Below are positions 9,049 through 19,540 of a stretch of 59,223 nt of DNA, in pieces. Source of the DNA: an uncultured Solibacteraceae bacterium. GTDB lineage: Bacteria; Acidobacteriota; Vicinamibacteria; Vicinamibacterales; SCN-69-37. Each line of letters opens with the position of its first letter. The stretch's first letter is position 1. The stretch lies in the NCBI GenBank assembly GCA_964489685.1, contig CAZAZR010000006.1:1-59223 (forward strand), in the 5' to 3' direction. The notes beneath the pieces were generated by a model. The model had not been told where the DNA came from. It saw only the letters and a program-made list of their open reading frames with translations, and searched no databases. The position numbers and the translations under genes were made by a program.

Positions 9049-9531
9049 CTACATCTTGTAGCCAAGATCATCTGGATCCAGACTCTCAAGCCAGCGCTGC
9101 AACCGCTCCTGATCGACCTGATGCGGCCCCACGTCCACGGACTGGACATTCGCAAAGACGCTCTCGTTGACGAAGATGGGGACCTTGGCCCGAAGCGAGA
9201 GTGCGAGCGCATCACTCGGGCGGGCATCGACCAGGAGGCGCTCGTCGCCTCGGATGATCTCAAGGAACGCATAGAACGTACTCTCCCGGAGTTCGTGGAT
9301 GATCACACGACTGAGGCGCCCGCCCATGCCTTCAAGCAGTTGGCGCAGGAGGTCGTGGGTCATCGGCCTGGGCGTCCCTACATTCTCCATCTGCAGCGCG
9401 ATGGCGTTTGCTTCAACCGGTCCGACCCAGATCGGCAGCACACGTTGGTTTGCCTCGTCTCGAAGAATGATGATGGGAAGGTTGGTGAGCGGGTCTACCA
9501 TCAGGCCTTTGACGGCCATCTCAATGAGCAT
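9049..9531 (-). CDS. Bifunctional nuclease family protein (BFN/DUF151)
   Basis: MAVKGLMVDPLTNLPIIILRDE...VLPIWVGPVEANAIALQMENV..PRPMTHDLL is the typical BFN-domain N-terminus. ATG 9531 overlaps the miaB stop by 11 nt. Confidence 0.75.
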   Translation of the reverse strand: MLIEMAVKGLMVDPLTNLPIIILRDEANQRVLPIWVGPVEANAIALQMENVGTPRPMTHDLLRQLLEGMGGRLSRVIIHELRESTFYAFLEIIRGDERLLVDARPSDALALSLRAKVPIFVNESVFANVQSVDVGPHQVDQERLQRWLESLDPDDLGYKM

Positions 9532-10858
9532 ACGCAGCCTCCGCCATTTCCCCACGCAGGCTGTTCGGCGCGGCAGACGTGACCCGCACCCGGACAAGCT
9601 GGCCGATCAGATGTTCAGCGCCGGAGAAATTGACCAGGAGCCAGCCGGGCGTCCGGCCGGCCAGTTCCGATTCCCGGCGGCGCGACTTCGATTCAACGAG
9701 GACCTCAACCACTGACCCGACCTGCGCCTGGTAGAGGCCAAGCTGGATCTCGGCCTGCAGGGCCTGCAGTGTCATGATCCGCCTCGTCTTATCCGACTCA
9801 AGCACGTCGTCGGCCATGCGTTTGAACGCGAGCGTGTTCGGCCTGGGCGAATATTTAAAGGAGTACATAGAGGAGAACTGGACGTCACGCACGAGGTCGA
9901 GCGTCTGTTCGAAGTCGGCCTCGGTCTCGCCGGGAAACCCCACGATCACGTCGGTTGAGACGACGATGCCAGGCACCTCGGCGCGAAGGCGGGCCACGAG
10001 CGCGAGGTAGTCCTCCCTGGTGTAGCGCCGGCGCATGGCCTGGAGGACCGTGTTTGAGCCCGACTGAACGGGAAGATGGAAGTGCTTGCAGACTTTGGGC
10101 AGGTCGCGCATCGCCGCCACAAGGCGATCAGTCGCGTGGCGCGGATGGGGACTGGCGAATCGAATCCGCTTGATTCCCGAGACAGCACTCACCCGCTCCA
10201 GCAACGCCGCAAAGTCGCACGACGAATCGTCTGGTGCCTGGTAGTGATTGACGATCTGGCCCAGCAGTGTGACCTCGACACGCCCGCTCTCAGCGGCCCG
10301 TTCGACCTCAGCGAGAATGTCGGCAACCGGGCGCATCCGCTCGTGGCCGCGGGTGTACGGGACCACGCAGAATGAGCAGAATTCGTTGCAGCCCTCGATG
10401 ATTGTGACCCACGCGCGCGACGGGTCAGACGCCTTGGCCACCCCCATCGGAAACGACACATCGTCATACGGCTGGATGTCGACGAGTCGGGTCGCTCCCT
10501 CGGTCGACGCCCGGACGAGGCTGGGCAACTGCTTGATCGCCTGGGTGCCGACGATGACGTCGATGGAGGGGTCGAGGTCCAGCAGGTTTGAGCCTTCCTG
10601 CTGGGCCACGCAGCCGGTCACGGCGATCGTTGGGCGGCGGCCAGCGGCCCGCGACGCGCCGCGAATCTCAGCCAGGCGGTGGTGGAGCTTGTCTTGCGCC
10701 CGTTCTCGGACACTGCAGGTGTTGATCACGATAAGGTCCGCGTCGGCATCGGAGCCCGCTTGCTCAAGGCCATCCGCCTCCAGAAGGCCGGCGATGCGTT
10801 CGCTGTCGTGGAAGTTCATCTGACAGCCAAATGTCTCGAGGCGGTACTTACGCGCCAC
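9521..10858 (-). CDS. miaB: tRNA-2-methylthio-N6-dimethylallyladenosine synthase (radical SAM methylthiotransferase)
   Basis: FGCQMNFHDSE N-terminal cluster motif, radical-SAM CNEFCSFCVVPYTRG and a C-terminal TRAM region. Start at GTG 10858 (VARKYRLETFGCQMN), overlapping the recN stop by 11 nt. Confidence 0.9.
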   Translation of the reverse strand: MARKYRLETFGCQMNFHDSERIAGLLEADGLEQAGSDADADLIVINTCSVRERAQDKLHHRLAEIRGASRAAGRRPTIAVTGCVAQQEGSNLLDLDPSIDVIVGTQAIKQLPSLVRASTEGATRLVDIQPYDDVSFPMGVAKASDPSRAWVTIIEGCNEFCSFCVVPYTRGHERMRPVADILAEVERAAESGRVEVTLLGQIVNHYQAPDDSSCDFAALLERVSAVSGIKRIRFASPHPRHATDRLVAAMRDLPKVCKHFHLPVQSGSNTVLQAMRRRYTREDYLALVARLRAEVPGIVVSTDVIVGFPGETEADFEQTLDLVRDVQFSSMYSFKYSPRPNTLAFKRMADDVLESDKTRRIMTLQALQAEIQLGLYQAQVGSVVEVLVESKSRRRESELAGRTPGWLLVNFSGAEHLIGQLVRVRVTSAAPNSLRGEMAEAAYAH

Positions 10859-12551
10859 GTCGCTTGCCTTTCGCTTTCGTCGTCTGAGCACTTTCGCTTT
10901 CGCCTTTTGCCTTATCTTCGATGAAGCGCCTGGCTGCGAGCATGTCGCGGGCCGAGGCCAGAATCGGGGCCGACACATCCTGGCCAGCTATCATCCGGGC
11001 GATCTCAACCTCCCGATCCTGCCCGTCGAGCTGCGAGACCGCAGTGATGGTGCGCCCGTCCTTGACCTGCTTGGCGATGTGGAGGTGCGAAATCCCACGC
11101 GCGGCAATCTGCGGAAGATGGGTAATACACAGGACCTGGAACCGGGTGCCCAATTGCTGGAGCCGAGCGCCGACGGCATCCGCCGCTGCCCCGCCGATGC
11201 CGGCATCGACCTCGTCGAAGATCAAGGTCCGGCCGGCCACGTCCGGGGTGGCCAGGGTCTTGAGGGCCAGCATGATGCGGGAGAGTTCGCCGCCTGACGC
11301 AATCCGCGCCAACGGGCGCAGGTCTTCTCCTGGGTTTGGTGACAGGAAGAACTCGACGGCGTCCACGCCGAGCGCGGTCCAGCTCTCGGGATCATCCGGA
11401 CTGGTTGAGACTCTGACCTCTACCCGGGCATCAGGCATGGCGAGCTGACCCAGGGCTGCTTCGAGGGCGCCCGAGAGCCGCTGCCCGGCCGCCCGTCGCG
11501 CCGCCGACAACTCGAGCGCTCGCTGCCGGAATCTATCGGCGCCCGACGCTGCCTCGCGCTCAAGTACTGCTGCGCGCTCGTCGTTGGCCTCAAGGGCCGC
11601 ACGCTCATCATGGAACGCCTGGCGCGCCGCGATGACGTCATCAAGGGCCGGACCGTACTTCTTCTTCAGCCGCTCAAGGGCCGCCAGGCGGTCTTCTGTG
11701 AGCTGAAGGCGCTCTGGCGACGCGTCGAGGTCGCCCGAGTACGACCGCAGCATGAAGGCCAGATCCTCAAGGCGGGCCTTCACCTCATCTCGCTGATCGA
11801 GGTACGGCGCAAAGCGAGGATCGATGTCAGCAAGATCCGCAACGCGCTTCCACACAAGCGTCAGTGATTCGAGCGCGGAGCCTTCTTTGTCGTACAACGC
11901 GGCGTACGCGTCGGTCGAGAGCCGTTCGAGCCGATCGACGTTGGCCAGTACCTGACGCTCGGCCGCCAATCGATGGTCTTCACCCACCACCGGAGCCACC
12001 CGATCGAGTTCGACGAGATGAAAGGTGACGGTCTCGATGCGGGCCGCCTTCTCGCGTTCCGACAACCTGGTGCGCTCAAGGGCGCCGGCGGCTGCGCGCC
12101 ATTCGGCGAAGAGTCGTGCCACCTCGGACACTAACGCAGCGTGACCGGCATACGCGTCCACGAGCCCGGCATGTTCCTGCGGATTGAGCAGCGTCTGGTG
12201 TTCGTGCTGTCCATGCAGATCCACGAGTGAGGCACCCATCTGTCGCAGTGCGGCCGAGGTGGCGAGCGCATCATCGATGAACGCCCGACTGCGTCCCTGC
12301 GACGAGATCTCGCGCCTGACGATGACCTCGCGGCCGTCTTCACGTTCGAAGATGGCCTGGATGGTGGCGGTCTCTTCGCCGGTGCGCACGAGGTCGGCGC
12401 TGGCCCGGCCGCCCACCAACAGGTCAATGGCCTCCACGAGCATGGACTTGCCGGCGCCGGTTTCACCGGTGAGCACCGTGAGCCCCGGCACAAACTCCAC
12501 CTCGAGGTGGTCGATGACCGCCAGATGACGAATCGCGAGAAAGCGCAGCAT
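10848..12551 (-). CDS. recN: DNA repair protein RecN (SMC-like ATPase)
   Basis: N-terminal LTVLTGETGAGKSML Walker A, long coiled-coil middle, and C-terminal ASGGELSRIMLALK signature plus LIFDEVDAGIGG Walker B. Confidence 0.92.
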   Translation of the reverse strand: MLRFLAIRHLAVIDHLEVEFVPGLTVLTGETGAGKSMLVEAIDLLVGGRASADLVRTGEETATIQAIFEREDGREVIVRREISSQGRSRAFIDDALATSAALRQMGASLVDLHGQHEHQTLLNPQEHAGLVDAYAGHAALVSEVARLFAEWRAAAGALERTRLSEREKAARIETVTFHLVELDRVAPVVGEDHRLAAERQVLANVDRLERLSTDAYAALYDKEGSALESLTLVWKRVADLADIDPRFAPYLDQRDEVKARLEDLAFMLRSYSGDLDASPERLQLTEDRLAALERLKKKYGPALDDVIAARQAFHDERAALEANDERAAVLEREAASGADRFRQRALELSAARRAAGQRLSGALEAALGQLAMPDARVEVRVSTSPDDPESWTALGVDAVEFFLSPNPGEDLRPLARIASGGELSRIMLALKTLATPDVAGRTLIFDEVDAGIGGAAADAVGARLQQLGTRFQVLCITHLPQIAARGISHLHIAKQVKDGRTITAVSQLDGQDREVEIARMIAGQDVSAPILASARDMLAARRFIEDKAKGESESAQTTKAKGKRRGA

Positions 12552-12584
12552 GGGAATTGGACGAAGTCCAATGGTATCAAACCT

Positions 12585-12613
12585 TTGACAGCCCTAAGAC
12601 CTCGTGGTACATT
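12585..12613 (+). promoter_or_regulatory. Candidate sigma-70-type promoter for the tol-pal cluster
   Basis: TTGACA (12585-12590), 17-nt spacer, TACATT (12608-12613). It lies about 55 nt upstream of the tolQ start in the recN/tolQ divergent gap. Confidence 0.35.
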
Positions 12614-12665
12614 CAAGTTTGTTCGCGCTGTCCCAGCGGCGCCTCAACTTGTGTAGGCGGAGGTT

Positions 12666-13430
12666 TTGTTGCGTACGCTAGGCACACTGATCCTGGCTTT
12701 TCAATCCCAGGGTCCGGCTGGAGATGCGGCCGTCACTGGCCCGAGCAGTACCGATATTGTTTCGCTGCTGAAAGACGCGTCACCGCTCTCGTGGGCGGTG
12801 CTGGTCATTCTGCTGCTGTTCTCGGCGTTGTCATGGGGCATCATCTTTCACAAACGCAGCCAGTTTCGTCGCGCTGAAAAACAGACGGCGACGTTCCTGG
12901 AAATTTTTCGCAAGAGCAGCCGCTTCTCCGAGGTGCACTCGGTGTGCGGCAGTCTGGTGGCCAGTCCTCTCGTGGGCCTGTTCCACATGGGCTACGCAGA
13001 GTTGAACACGCAGTTGCGCGCTGCGGGAGAGGCCAAACCCGGTTCGCCCGTCCCGCGTCCTACTCTGAGAAGCCTTGAGAGTCTTGACCGGGCGCTGCTC
13101 CGAGCCACCACCGTTGAGGTCAGCCGGCTGGAATCGCGCATCGGTTTTTTGGCGACGACGGCTTCCATCACGCCGTACATCGGGTTGTTCGGCACGGTCG
13201 TGGGTATCATGGCGTCGTTTCAGGGGATTGGCGAGACAGGTTCAACAAGTCTTGCGGTGGTCGCACCGGGCATTGCAGAGGCGCTCGTTGCCACTGCCGC
13301 CGGGTTGTTCGCCGCCATTCCGGCCGTGTACTTCTATAACGACCTGACGTACAAGGTGAAGGGCTTTGCGGCAGCGATGGATGACTTCTCGATGGAGTTT
13401 CTGAACATCGCCGAGCGGAATTTTTCCTGA
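12666..13430 (+). CDS. tolQ: Tol-Pal system proton channel protein TolQ (MotA/TolQ/ExbB family)
   Basis: Three hydrophobic segments. The motif ITPYIGLFGTVVGIM..F and the APGIAEALVATAAGL segment are typical of ExbB/TolQ. TTG start at 12666 or 12669 after GGAGG. Cluster context with tolR, tolB and pal. Confidence 0.85.
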   Translation: MLRTLGTLILAFQSQGPAGDAAVTGPSSTDIVSLLKDASPLSWAVLVILLLFSALSWGIIFHKRSQFRRAEKQTATFLEIFRKSSRFSEVHSVCGSLVASPLVGLFHMGYAELNTQLRAAGEAKPGSPVPRPTLRSLESLDRALLRATTVEVSRLESRIGFLATTASITPYIGLFGTVVGIMASFQGIGETGSTSLAVVAPGIAEALVATAAGLFAAIPAVYFYNDLTYKVKGFAAAMDDFSMEFLNIAERNFS

Positions 13431-13442
13431 AGGAGCGCGCCC

Positions 13443-13912
<470 letters not shown>

Positions 13913-13916
<4 letters not shown>

Positions 13917-14701
13917 GAGGCGCGATCACCGATGTCATCGACGCGCGTGCGAAAGACGACGGAGGACTGACTCGCCTGTTTGGTTATTCGCTGGCCGTGC
14001 ACCTGGCGGTCGGACTCGCGGCGGTGCTGATTCCGTCGAATTGGTTGTCGAGCGAAGCAGTCAAACCGAACGTGATCGAGGTGAGCCTGGGCGGATCGTT
14101 CGGCGAGAAGACGACGGGTGTGGCCCCGATTGCCGGGCGACGGGTTGAACAGGCGGTCCCCGAGCCTCCTCGCCCCGAGCCGATCAAGCCGACGCCTCCG
14201 CCCAAGCCAGACGTCATGCCGGCGCCGACCAAAGCGGTCACACCTGCCAAAGTCCCGGAGAAGGTGCCTGAAAAGGCGGCGTCTCCGGTTGTGACTGCGC
14301 CAAAGCCGCCTGCGACTGGAAAACAGGTGCAGGCCGGTACGGCGGTGACCGATACAGGGGCCACAGGTATTGGACAGGGGTTGACTCAGGCCGGGGGCGG
14401 TGGCACCGGCGGAGTCGTGGACCTCAATACGTTTGATCCTGTCTGGACCAGACAGATGTCCGACGCAATTCGGAAGGAGTGGAACAACCTCCAGCAGGAA
14501 ACTGGCTGGAGCGAGGTGTTGTTCGTGGTGACACGTGATGGCAAGGTCGTGAACCGGGCGACAGCGGCCGGCAGCGGCAGTTTCATACTGGACCAGGCGG
14601 CCCTGCGGGCGGTCGGGATGGCGATGATTCCACCACTTCCACGCGACTACAAGGAAGGCACGCTGCGAGTGCGTCTGCGCTTCAACTACGAGGTCAAATA
14701 G
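13913..14701 (+). CDS. tolA: TolA-like / TonB C-terminal-domain energy transducer
   Basis: N-terminal anchor helix, a Pro/Lys/Glu-rich spacer (PEPPRPEPIKPTPPPKPDVMPAPTKAVTPAKVPEKVPEK) and a C-terminal TonB_C-like fold (DGKV...ILDQAALRAV...PPLP). The position in the cluster suggests the TolA role. Confidence 0.65.
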
Positions 14702-14703
14702 CC

Positions 14704-16098
14704 ATGCGCGCTCCGCTCCTGGTCGCTGCAGCGTTTCTCGGCACCTCGCTCGCCGCGTGGGCACCCTCGATCGGGGAACCAGATGTGACATCTCTGCCCC
14801 TTGACGTTCAGCAGACCGAAATCCGCACGAGCATTGGCGCAGGCAGTGGCAGACTCCCCCGCCTCGCGATTCCGGCGTTCATCACGACAGTTGCCGACGC
14901 TGAACTGCAGGAAGCCGCACGCACACTTGCGGACGTCCTGTGGAAGGACCTCGAGTTCGAACGCGAGTTCCAGATGATCAGCCCCGAGGGCGCCCAGCAG
15001 ATTCCGGCCGCGCCAGCCGAGGCGCTGCCCTACGACTCCTGGAACCAGGTGGGCGCCGACGATGTGCTCGTCGGCAGTGTGCGGCGTGTGGACGCCAACC
15101 TGCAATTGGACGTCCGTGTGATGAACGTCGAGCGCAGGGTGTCGACGTTTGGCCGTCGCTACACCTGCTCACTGCGCGGCGTCCGCCTGTGCGCACACAC
15201 GATTGCCGACGCACTGCACAAGGAACGGTTCGGCCTCGACGGCGTCGCGAGGACGAAGCTCGCGTTCACGTCGGACCGTGACGGCGATCGCCTGGGCGGC
15301 ACCATCGAGGCCCGCTCAGTCAAGGAAGTGTACGTCTCGGATTACGACGGTTTCCGCGCCAGTCGGGTGACGACGCGCGGGTCGCTCAATCTCGCGCCTG
15401 CCTGGGCACCAGACAGCCGCGCCATTGTCTATCAGTCGCATCAGTCCGGCTTTGTCGATATCTACGTGCAGACACTCTACGAGGTCCAGACCCAGCTGGC
15501 GCGTCCGGCTCGCGGCACCGATCGCACCCAGAACTTCCTGCCTGACTGGTCTCCCGACGGCAAGCGCATTGCCTACGCATCGAGCCACGATGGCAACTGG
15601 GATATCTATATCGTGAATGTCGACGGCAGCGACATGCGTCGTCTGACGTCTGACCCCGGCATCGACAGTGTGCCCACCTGGTCGCCCAACGGGAGGCAGA
15701 TCGCGTTCACATCGAATCGCGGCGGCAGCAATCAGGTCTACATGATGAGCGCCGACGGTGGCCCGGTCACCACACTCACGAGCGAGCCCCAGAGAGCCGA
15801 TCGGCCGACGTGGGCGGGTGGGTACGTGGTCTACAGCGCCGCCACGGCCGACGACCGCGTGGAGATAAAGCGAATCGATATGGGCACGCGCCAGGTGGAC
15901 CAACTGACCGAGGGGTATTCGAACGAGAGCCCCACCGTCGCTCCCAACGGCCGGCATATTGCGTTCGTCACCACCCGGTGGGGAAACGAGCAAGTTGCGG
16001 TCATGGATATCGACGGCAAACATATCCGGCAGGTGACATCTGTCGGCAACAATCGGTTTCCCAACTGGTCTTCAAGTCCCCGGAGCGAGGTCAAATAA
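14704..16098 (+). CDS. tolB: Tol-Pal system beta-propeller protein TolB (copy 1)
   Basis: Signal peptide, N-terminal TolB domain, then repeated P.WSPDG..IAF.S.R.G...IY propeller blades (WSPDGKRIAYAS, WSPNGRQIAFTS, VAPNGRHIAFVT). Confidence 0.85.
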   Translation: MRAPLLVAAAFLGTSLAAWAPSIGEPDVTSLPLDVQQTEIRTSIGAGSGRLPRLAIPAFITTVADAELQEAARTLADVLWKDLEFEREFQMISPEGAQQIPAAPAEALPYDSWNQVGADDVLVGSVRRVDANLQLDVRVMNVERRVSTFGRRYTCSLRGVRLCAHTIADALHKERFGLDGVARTKLAFTSDRDGDRLGGTIEARSVKEVYVSDYDGFRASRVTTRGSLNLAPAWAPDSRAIVYQSHQSGFVDIYVQTLYEVQTQLARPARGTDRTQNFLPDWSPDGKRIAYASSHDGNWDIYIVNVDGSDMRRLTSDPGIDSVPTWSPNGRQIAFTSNRGGSNQVYMMSADGGPVTTLTSEPQRADRPTWAGGYVVYSAATADDRVEIKRIDMGTRQVDQLTEGYSNESPTVAPNGRHIAFVTTRWGNEQVAVMDIDGKHIRQVTSVGNNRFPNWSSSPRSEVK

Positions 16099-16101
16099 AC
16101 G

Positions 16102-17478
16102 ATGCGTGGCACTTTTTTTATCGCGACGGCGCTCGTCGGCACCGCGCTCGCGGCGTGGGCTCCGCCGACCGAAACCTCCGAGGTCACCTCAGTGCCACTC
16201 GGCGATCAGCAGACGGAGATCCGCACGAGTATTGGCGGCGCCAGCGGCCGGCTGCCCCGCCTCGCGATTCCGGCATTCCTCATGACCGGCGCTGACGCGG
16301 AATTGCAGGAAGCCGCCAAGACGCTCGGTGACGTCTTGTGGAAGGATCTCGAGTTCGAGCGTGAATTCCAGATGATCAGCCAGGCGGGAGCCGCGCAGAT
16401 TCCCGGCGCCCCGGCCGAGGCGCTCGCCTACGAATCGTGGAACCAGCTTGGCGCCGACGATGTGCTGGTGGGAAGCGTGCAGCGCGCCGGCGGCAACCTG
16501 CAACTGGACGTGCGGGTGATGAACGTCGAACGGAAGGTGGCCACCTTCGGTAAGCGCTACACGTGTTCGTTGCGCGGTGTGCGTCTCTGTGCGCATACCA
16601 TCGCCGACGAACTGCACAAGGAACGATTCGGCCTCGACGGCGTGGCGCGGACAAAGTTTGCGTTCGTCTCAGACCGTGATGGTGAACGCATGGGCGGCAC
16701 GATCGAAGCGCGCTCCATCAAGGAAGTGTACGTCGCCGACTACGACGGGTTCAGGCCGAGCCGCGTCACCGTGCGTGGGTCGCTCAACCTGGCGCCGTCC
16801 TGGTCACCCGACAGCCGCGCGATTGTGTATCAATCCCACCAGTCAGGATTTGTCGATATCTATGTCCAGAAGCTCTATGAGGTGCAGGTGCAGCTCGGCC
16901 GGCCCGCCCGCGGTACCGACCGCGCCCAGAACTTCCTGCCGGCGTGGTCACCCGATGGCACGCACATCGCGTATGCGTCAAGCCGCGACGGCAACTGGGA
17001 GATCTACGTCGTGAAGGTGGACGGCACGGACATGCGTCGATTGACGTCGCACCCCTCCGACGACAGCGCTCCGGCCTGGTCGCCGAATGGTACTCAGATC
17101 GCGTTTACCTCGGACCGGGGTGGCAGCAATCAGATCTACATCATGAGCGCCGACGGTGGCCCCGCCACGAAGATCACCAGTGAGCCCAGAAAGGCCGACC
17201 GTCCCACCTGGGCTCTCGACTTCATTGCGTACAGCGCCGAGGTGCCTGGCGGTGTGGAGATCAAGAAGGTCAACGTCGGCACCCGGCAGGTCGTACAGTT
17301 GACCGATGGCCCCGGGTCGAATGAAAGTCCGACCGTCTCCCCCAATGGCCGCCACATCGCCTTTGTGACGACGCGGTGGGGGAAGGAACACATTGCCGTC
17401 ATGGATGCCGACGGCAAAAACGTGCGGCAAATCACCTTTGCCGGCAACAACCGCTACCCACGCTGGTCCACTCGCTAG
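16102..17478 (+). CDS. tolB: Tol-Pal system beta-propeller protein TolB (copy 2, tandem paralogue)
   Basis: Colinear with copy 1 along the whole length, with long identical peptide runs such as DLEFEREFQMIS, YTCSLRGVRLCAHTIAD and AIVYQSHQSGFVDIYVQ. Starts 3 nt after the copy 1 stop. Confidence 0.85.
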   Translation: MRGTFFIATALVGTALAAWAPPTETSEVTSVPLGDQQTEIRTSIGGASGRLPRLAIPAFLMTGADAELQEAAKTLGDVLWKDLEFEREFQMISQAGAAQIPGAPAEALAYESWNQLGADDVLVGSVQRAGGNLQLDVRVMNVERKVATFGKRYTCSLRGVRLCAHTIADELHKERFGLDGVARTKFAFVSDRDGERMGGTIEARSIKEVYVADYDGFRPSRVTVRGSLNLAPSWSPDSRAIVYQSHQSGFVDIYVQKLYEVQVQLGRPARGTDRAQNFLPAWSPDGTHIAYASSRDGNWEIYVVKVDGTDMRRLTSHPSDDSAPAWSPNGTQIAFTSDRGGSNQIYIMSADGGPATKITSEPRKADRPTWALDFIAYSAEVPGGVEIKKVNVGTRQVVQLTDGPGSNESPTVSPNGRHIAFVTTRWGKEHIAVMDADGKNVRQITFAGNNRYPRWSTR

Positions 17479-17505
17479 TCGAACGATCAAAAGGATTCCA
17501 CGCAT

Positions 17506-18102
17506 ATGTCACGCTTCTCGCTCTCGTCGCTCCTGGTGGTTGGTGTCCTCTCGCTTGCTTCGGCATGCGGAGGCAAGACGCCTCCGGCGGTGAACCCCAC
17601 CACCCCACCGCTCGGACCGCAGGCATTTCCCGGTTCTGGGGGCGGCACAACGACACGGCCCCCGGTGCCTCAGGCGCCAGAGGCGCCGCCCGTGATCGTG
17701 GCCGAGCCGGCCGTGGTCTCGTCAGATCCGCTTGCGTCGATGGACACCGACGAAATCAACCGGCAGGCGCCGCTGGGTCCCGTGTTTTTCGGATACGACA
17801 GTGATTCCGTTGATGCCGAGGGACAGAAAGTGCTGACCGACAACGCCGCCGTCCTCAAGAAATACCCGACATGGGCCATTACGATTGAGGGGCATAGTGA
17901 CGAGCGCGGCACCGCTGAATACAATCTGGCCCTGGGCGAACGTCGGGCGCTGGCTGCGAAGAGTTATCTCCTCTCGCTCGGGATTTCGGCCGACCGCATG
18001 CGTACGGTCAGTTATGGCAAAGAGTTTCCGTTTGACCCCGGCCACGACGAGGCCGCCTATTCCAAGAATCGGCGCGGCCACTTCGTCGTCACCGCGAAAT
18101 AG
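17506..18102 (+). CDS. pal: Peptidoglycan-associated lipoprotein Pal (OmpA-like domain)
   Basis: Lipobox LSLASAC, a Pro-rich linker, and an OmpA_C domain (FGYDSDSV...IEGHSDERGTAEYNLALGERRA...VSYGKE). Confidence 0.9.
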   Translation: MSRFSLSSLLVVGVLSLASACGGKTPPAVNPTTPPLGPQAFPGSGGGTTTRPPVPQAPEAPPVIVAEPAVVSSDPLASMDTDEINRQAPLGPVFFGYDSDSVDAEGQKVLTDNAAVLKKYPTWAITIEGHSDERGTAEYNLALGERRALAAKSYLLSLGISADRMRTVSYGKEFPFDPGHDEAAYSKNRRGHFVVTAK

Positions 18103-18129
18103 TGATTCGGTTCGCGAAGGGATGACGTC

Positions 18130-18993
18130 ATGAATGTTCGGTCACTGACCCGCGCTGGACTCTGCGCGATCGCCGTGGCGGGCGCCTTCGCGCCGGTACC
18201 GGCCTCGGCGCAGAATCGCGAGCACCAGCAGTTGTTCGCGGACATCCGCATGCTGCAGGAGCAGACACAGCAACTGCGGCTGGCGGTGGCGTCGTTGTCC
18301 GAGGCGTTGGCCAAAGTGGGTCCACGGATCGACGAACAGGCCGGCACCACCCGCAAGCTATTTGCTGATCAGGGCCTGGTCATTGGCGCCCTGACCGACA
18401 CTGCGCGCGTACTCCGCGAGAAGCTCGATGCCACCAACGTGAGCCTTTCGAAGGAGGCGCACGAAATGGAAACGCTGCGCCAGGAACTGGCGGCGCAACG
18501 GACCCTGCTCACCCAGATCATCGCCCTGCTCACGGCGGCCGCCGCGACCGATCCGGCAACGGCCGCGGCCGGGGGCACCGTGGCGCCCCCGCCGCCCACC
18601 GCGCCCGCTCCACCGCAGAACCCGCAACGCGCGTTTGATTCGGCCTTTGGCGACTATGCCCGTGGTGATTTCGACATGGCGATTACCGGGTTTGAGTACT
18701 ACATCAAGATCTTTCCCACCTCGCCCGATGCAGCCAAGGCCCGTTTTCATATCGCCGAGTCGTATTACGGCAAGGGTGGATTCAAAGAAGCCGTTGCAGC
18801 CTATGAACAAGTGATTACAATTCACAAGGGGACGGACTGGGAGCCGCAAGCGATCTACAAGCAGGGCCTGGCCTACGAACAACTGGGCCAGACGGCTCGT
18901 GCCAGGACCAACTGGGAACTAGTACGGCGGTCGTTCCCCGACAGCAGCGCGTACATGCTGGCCACACAGGCATTGGCGCGTATCAACAAGTAG
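18130..18993 (+). CDS. cpoB: Cell-division coordinator CpoB (YbgF), coiled-coil plus TPR
   Basis: Signal peptide, N-terminal coiled coil and a C-terminal TPR block (AFGDYARGDFDMAITGFEYYIKIFPTSPDAAKARFHIAESYY...). Last gene of the tol-pal cluster, as in other diderms. Confidence 0.8.
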   Translation: MNVRSLTRAGLCAIAVAGAFAPVPASAQNREHQQLFADIRMLQEQTQQLRLAVASLSEALAKVGPRIDEQAGTTRKLFADQGLVIGALTDTARVLREKLDATNVSLSKEAHEMETLRQELAAQRTLLTQIIALLTAAAATDPATAAAGGTVAPPPPTAPAPPQNPQRAFDSAFGDYARGDFDMAITGFEYYIKIFPTSPDAAKARFHIAESYYGKGGFKEAVAAYEQVITIHKGTDWEPQAIYKQGLAYEQLGQTARARTNWELVRRSFPDSSAYMLATQALARINK

Positions 18994-19045
18994 CAGCACC
19001 ACCCACGCGCGGGGTCTACGCGCGAGAGAGACAGGACGGACACTC

Positions 19046-19522
19046 ATGGGCAGCGTGAACAAAGCAATTCTGGTGGGGAACCTCGGGCGCGACGCCGAAA
19101 TGCGGTTTACCACCGGCGGCACCGCCGTTGCGACGGTGAGCATCGCCACGACCGATCACTTCACCGATCGCGATGGCCAGAAGCGTGAAGACACGCAGTG
19201 GCACCGCATCGTCATCTGGGGAAAAACGGCGGAGTCGATTCAGCCGTACCTCACGAAGGGAAAACAGATCTACGTCGAGGGCAAGATCCAGACACGCGAG
19301 TGGACCGACAAGGAAGGCAAGCAGGTCAAGACGACCGAGATCCGCGCCGACCGTGTGGTGCTGCTCGGTGGCGCTGGTGGCGCCGGCGGCGGAGGGGGTG
19401 AACGTGCGGCGCGGCCCCAGCGCGATCGTTACGCCCCAGCCGGCGCGTCGCCGGGAGGCTCGGACATGCCCGACGACATGGGCCCGATCGACGCCCCGAA
19501 CGACGACGACATACCCTTCTAG
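19046..19522 (+). CDS. ssb: Single-stranded DNA-binding protein
   Basis: MGSVNKAILVGNLGRDAEMRFT OB-fold start, Gly-rich tail and the acidic C-terminal tip DDDIPF. Confidence 0.95.
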   Translation: MGSVNKAILVGNLGRDAEMRFTTGGTAVATVSIATTDHFTDRDGQKREDTQWHRIVIWGKTAESIQPYLTKGKQIYVEGKIQTREWTDKEGKQVKTTEIRADRVVLLGGAGGAGGGGGERAARPQRDRYAPAGASPGGSDMPDDMGPIDAPNDDDIPF

Positions 19523-19540
19523 TGGCGGGGAGTACGGAGG

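Larger units (their letters stand above)
14704..17478 (+). repeat. Tandem direct duplication of the about 1.39 kb tolB gene
   Basis: Two head-to-tail units (14704-16098, 16102-17478). By eye the proteins are roughly four-fifths identical, while the DNA differs at many synonymous third positions. Confidence 0.8.
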
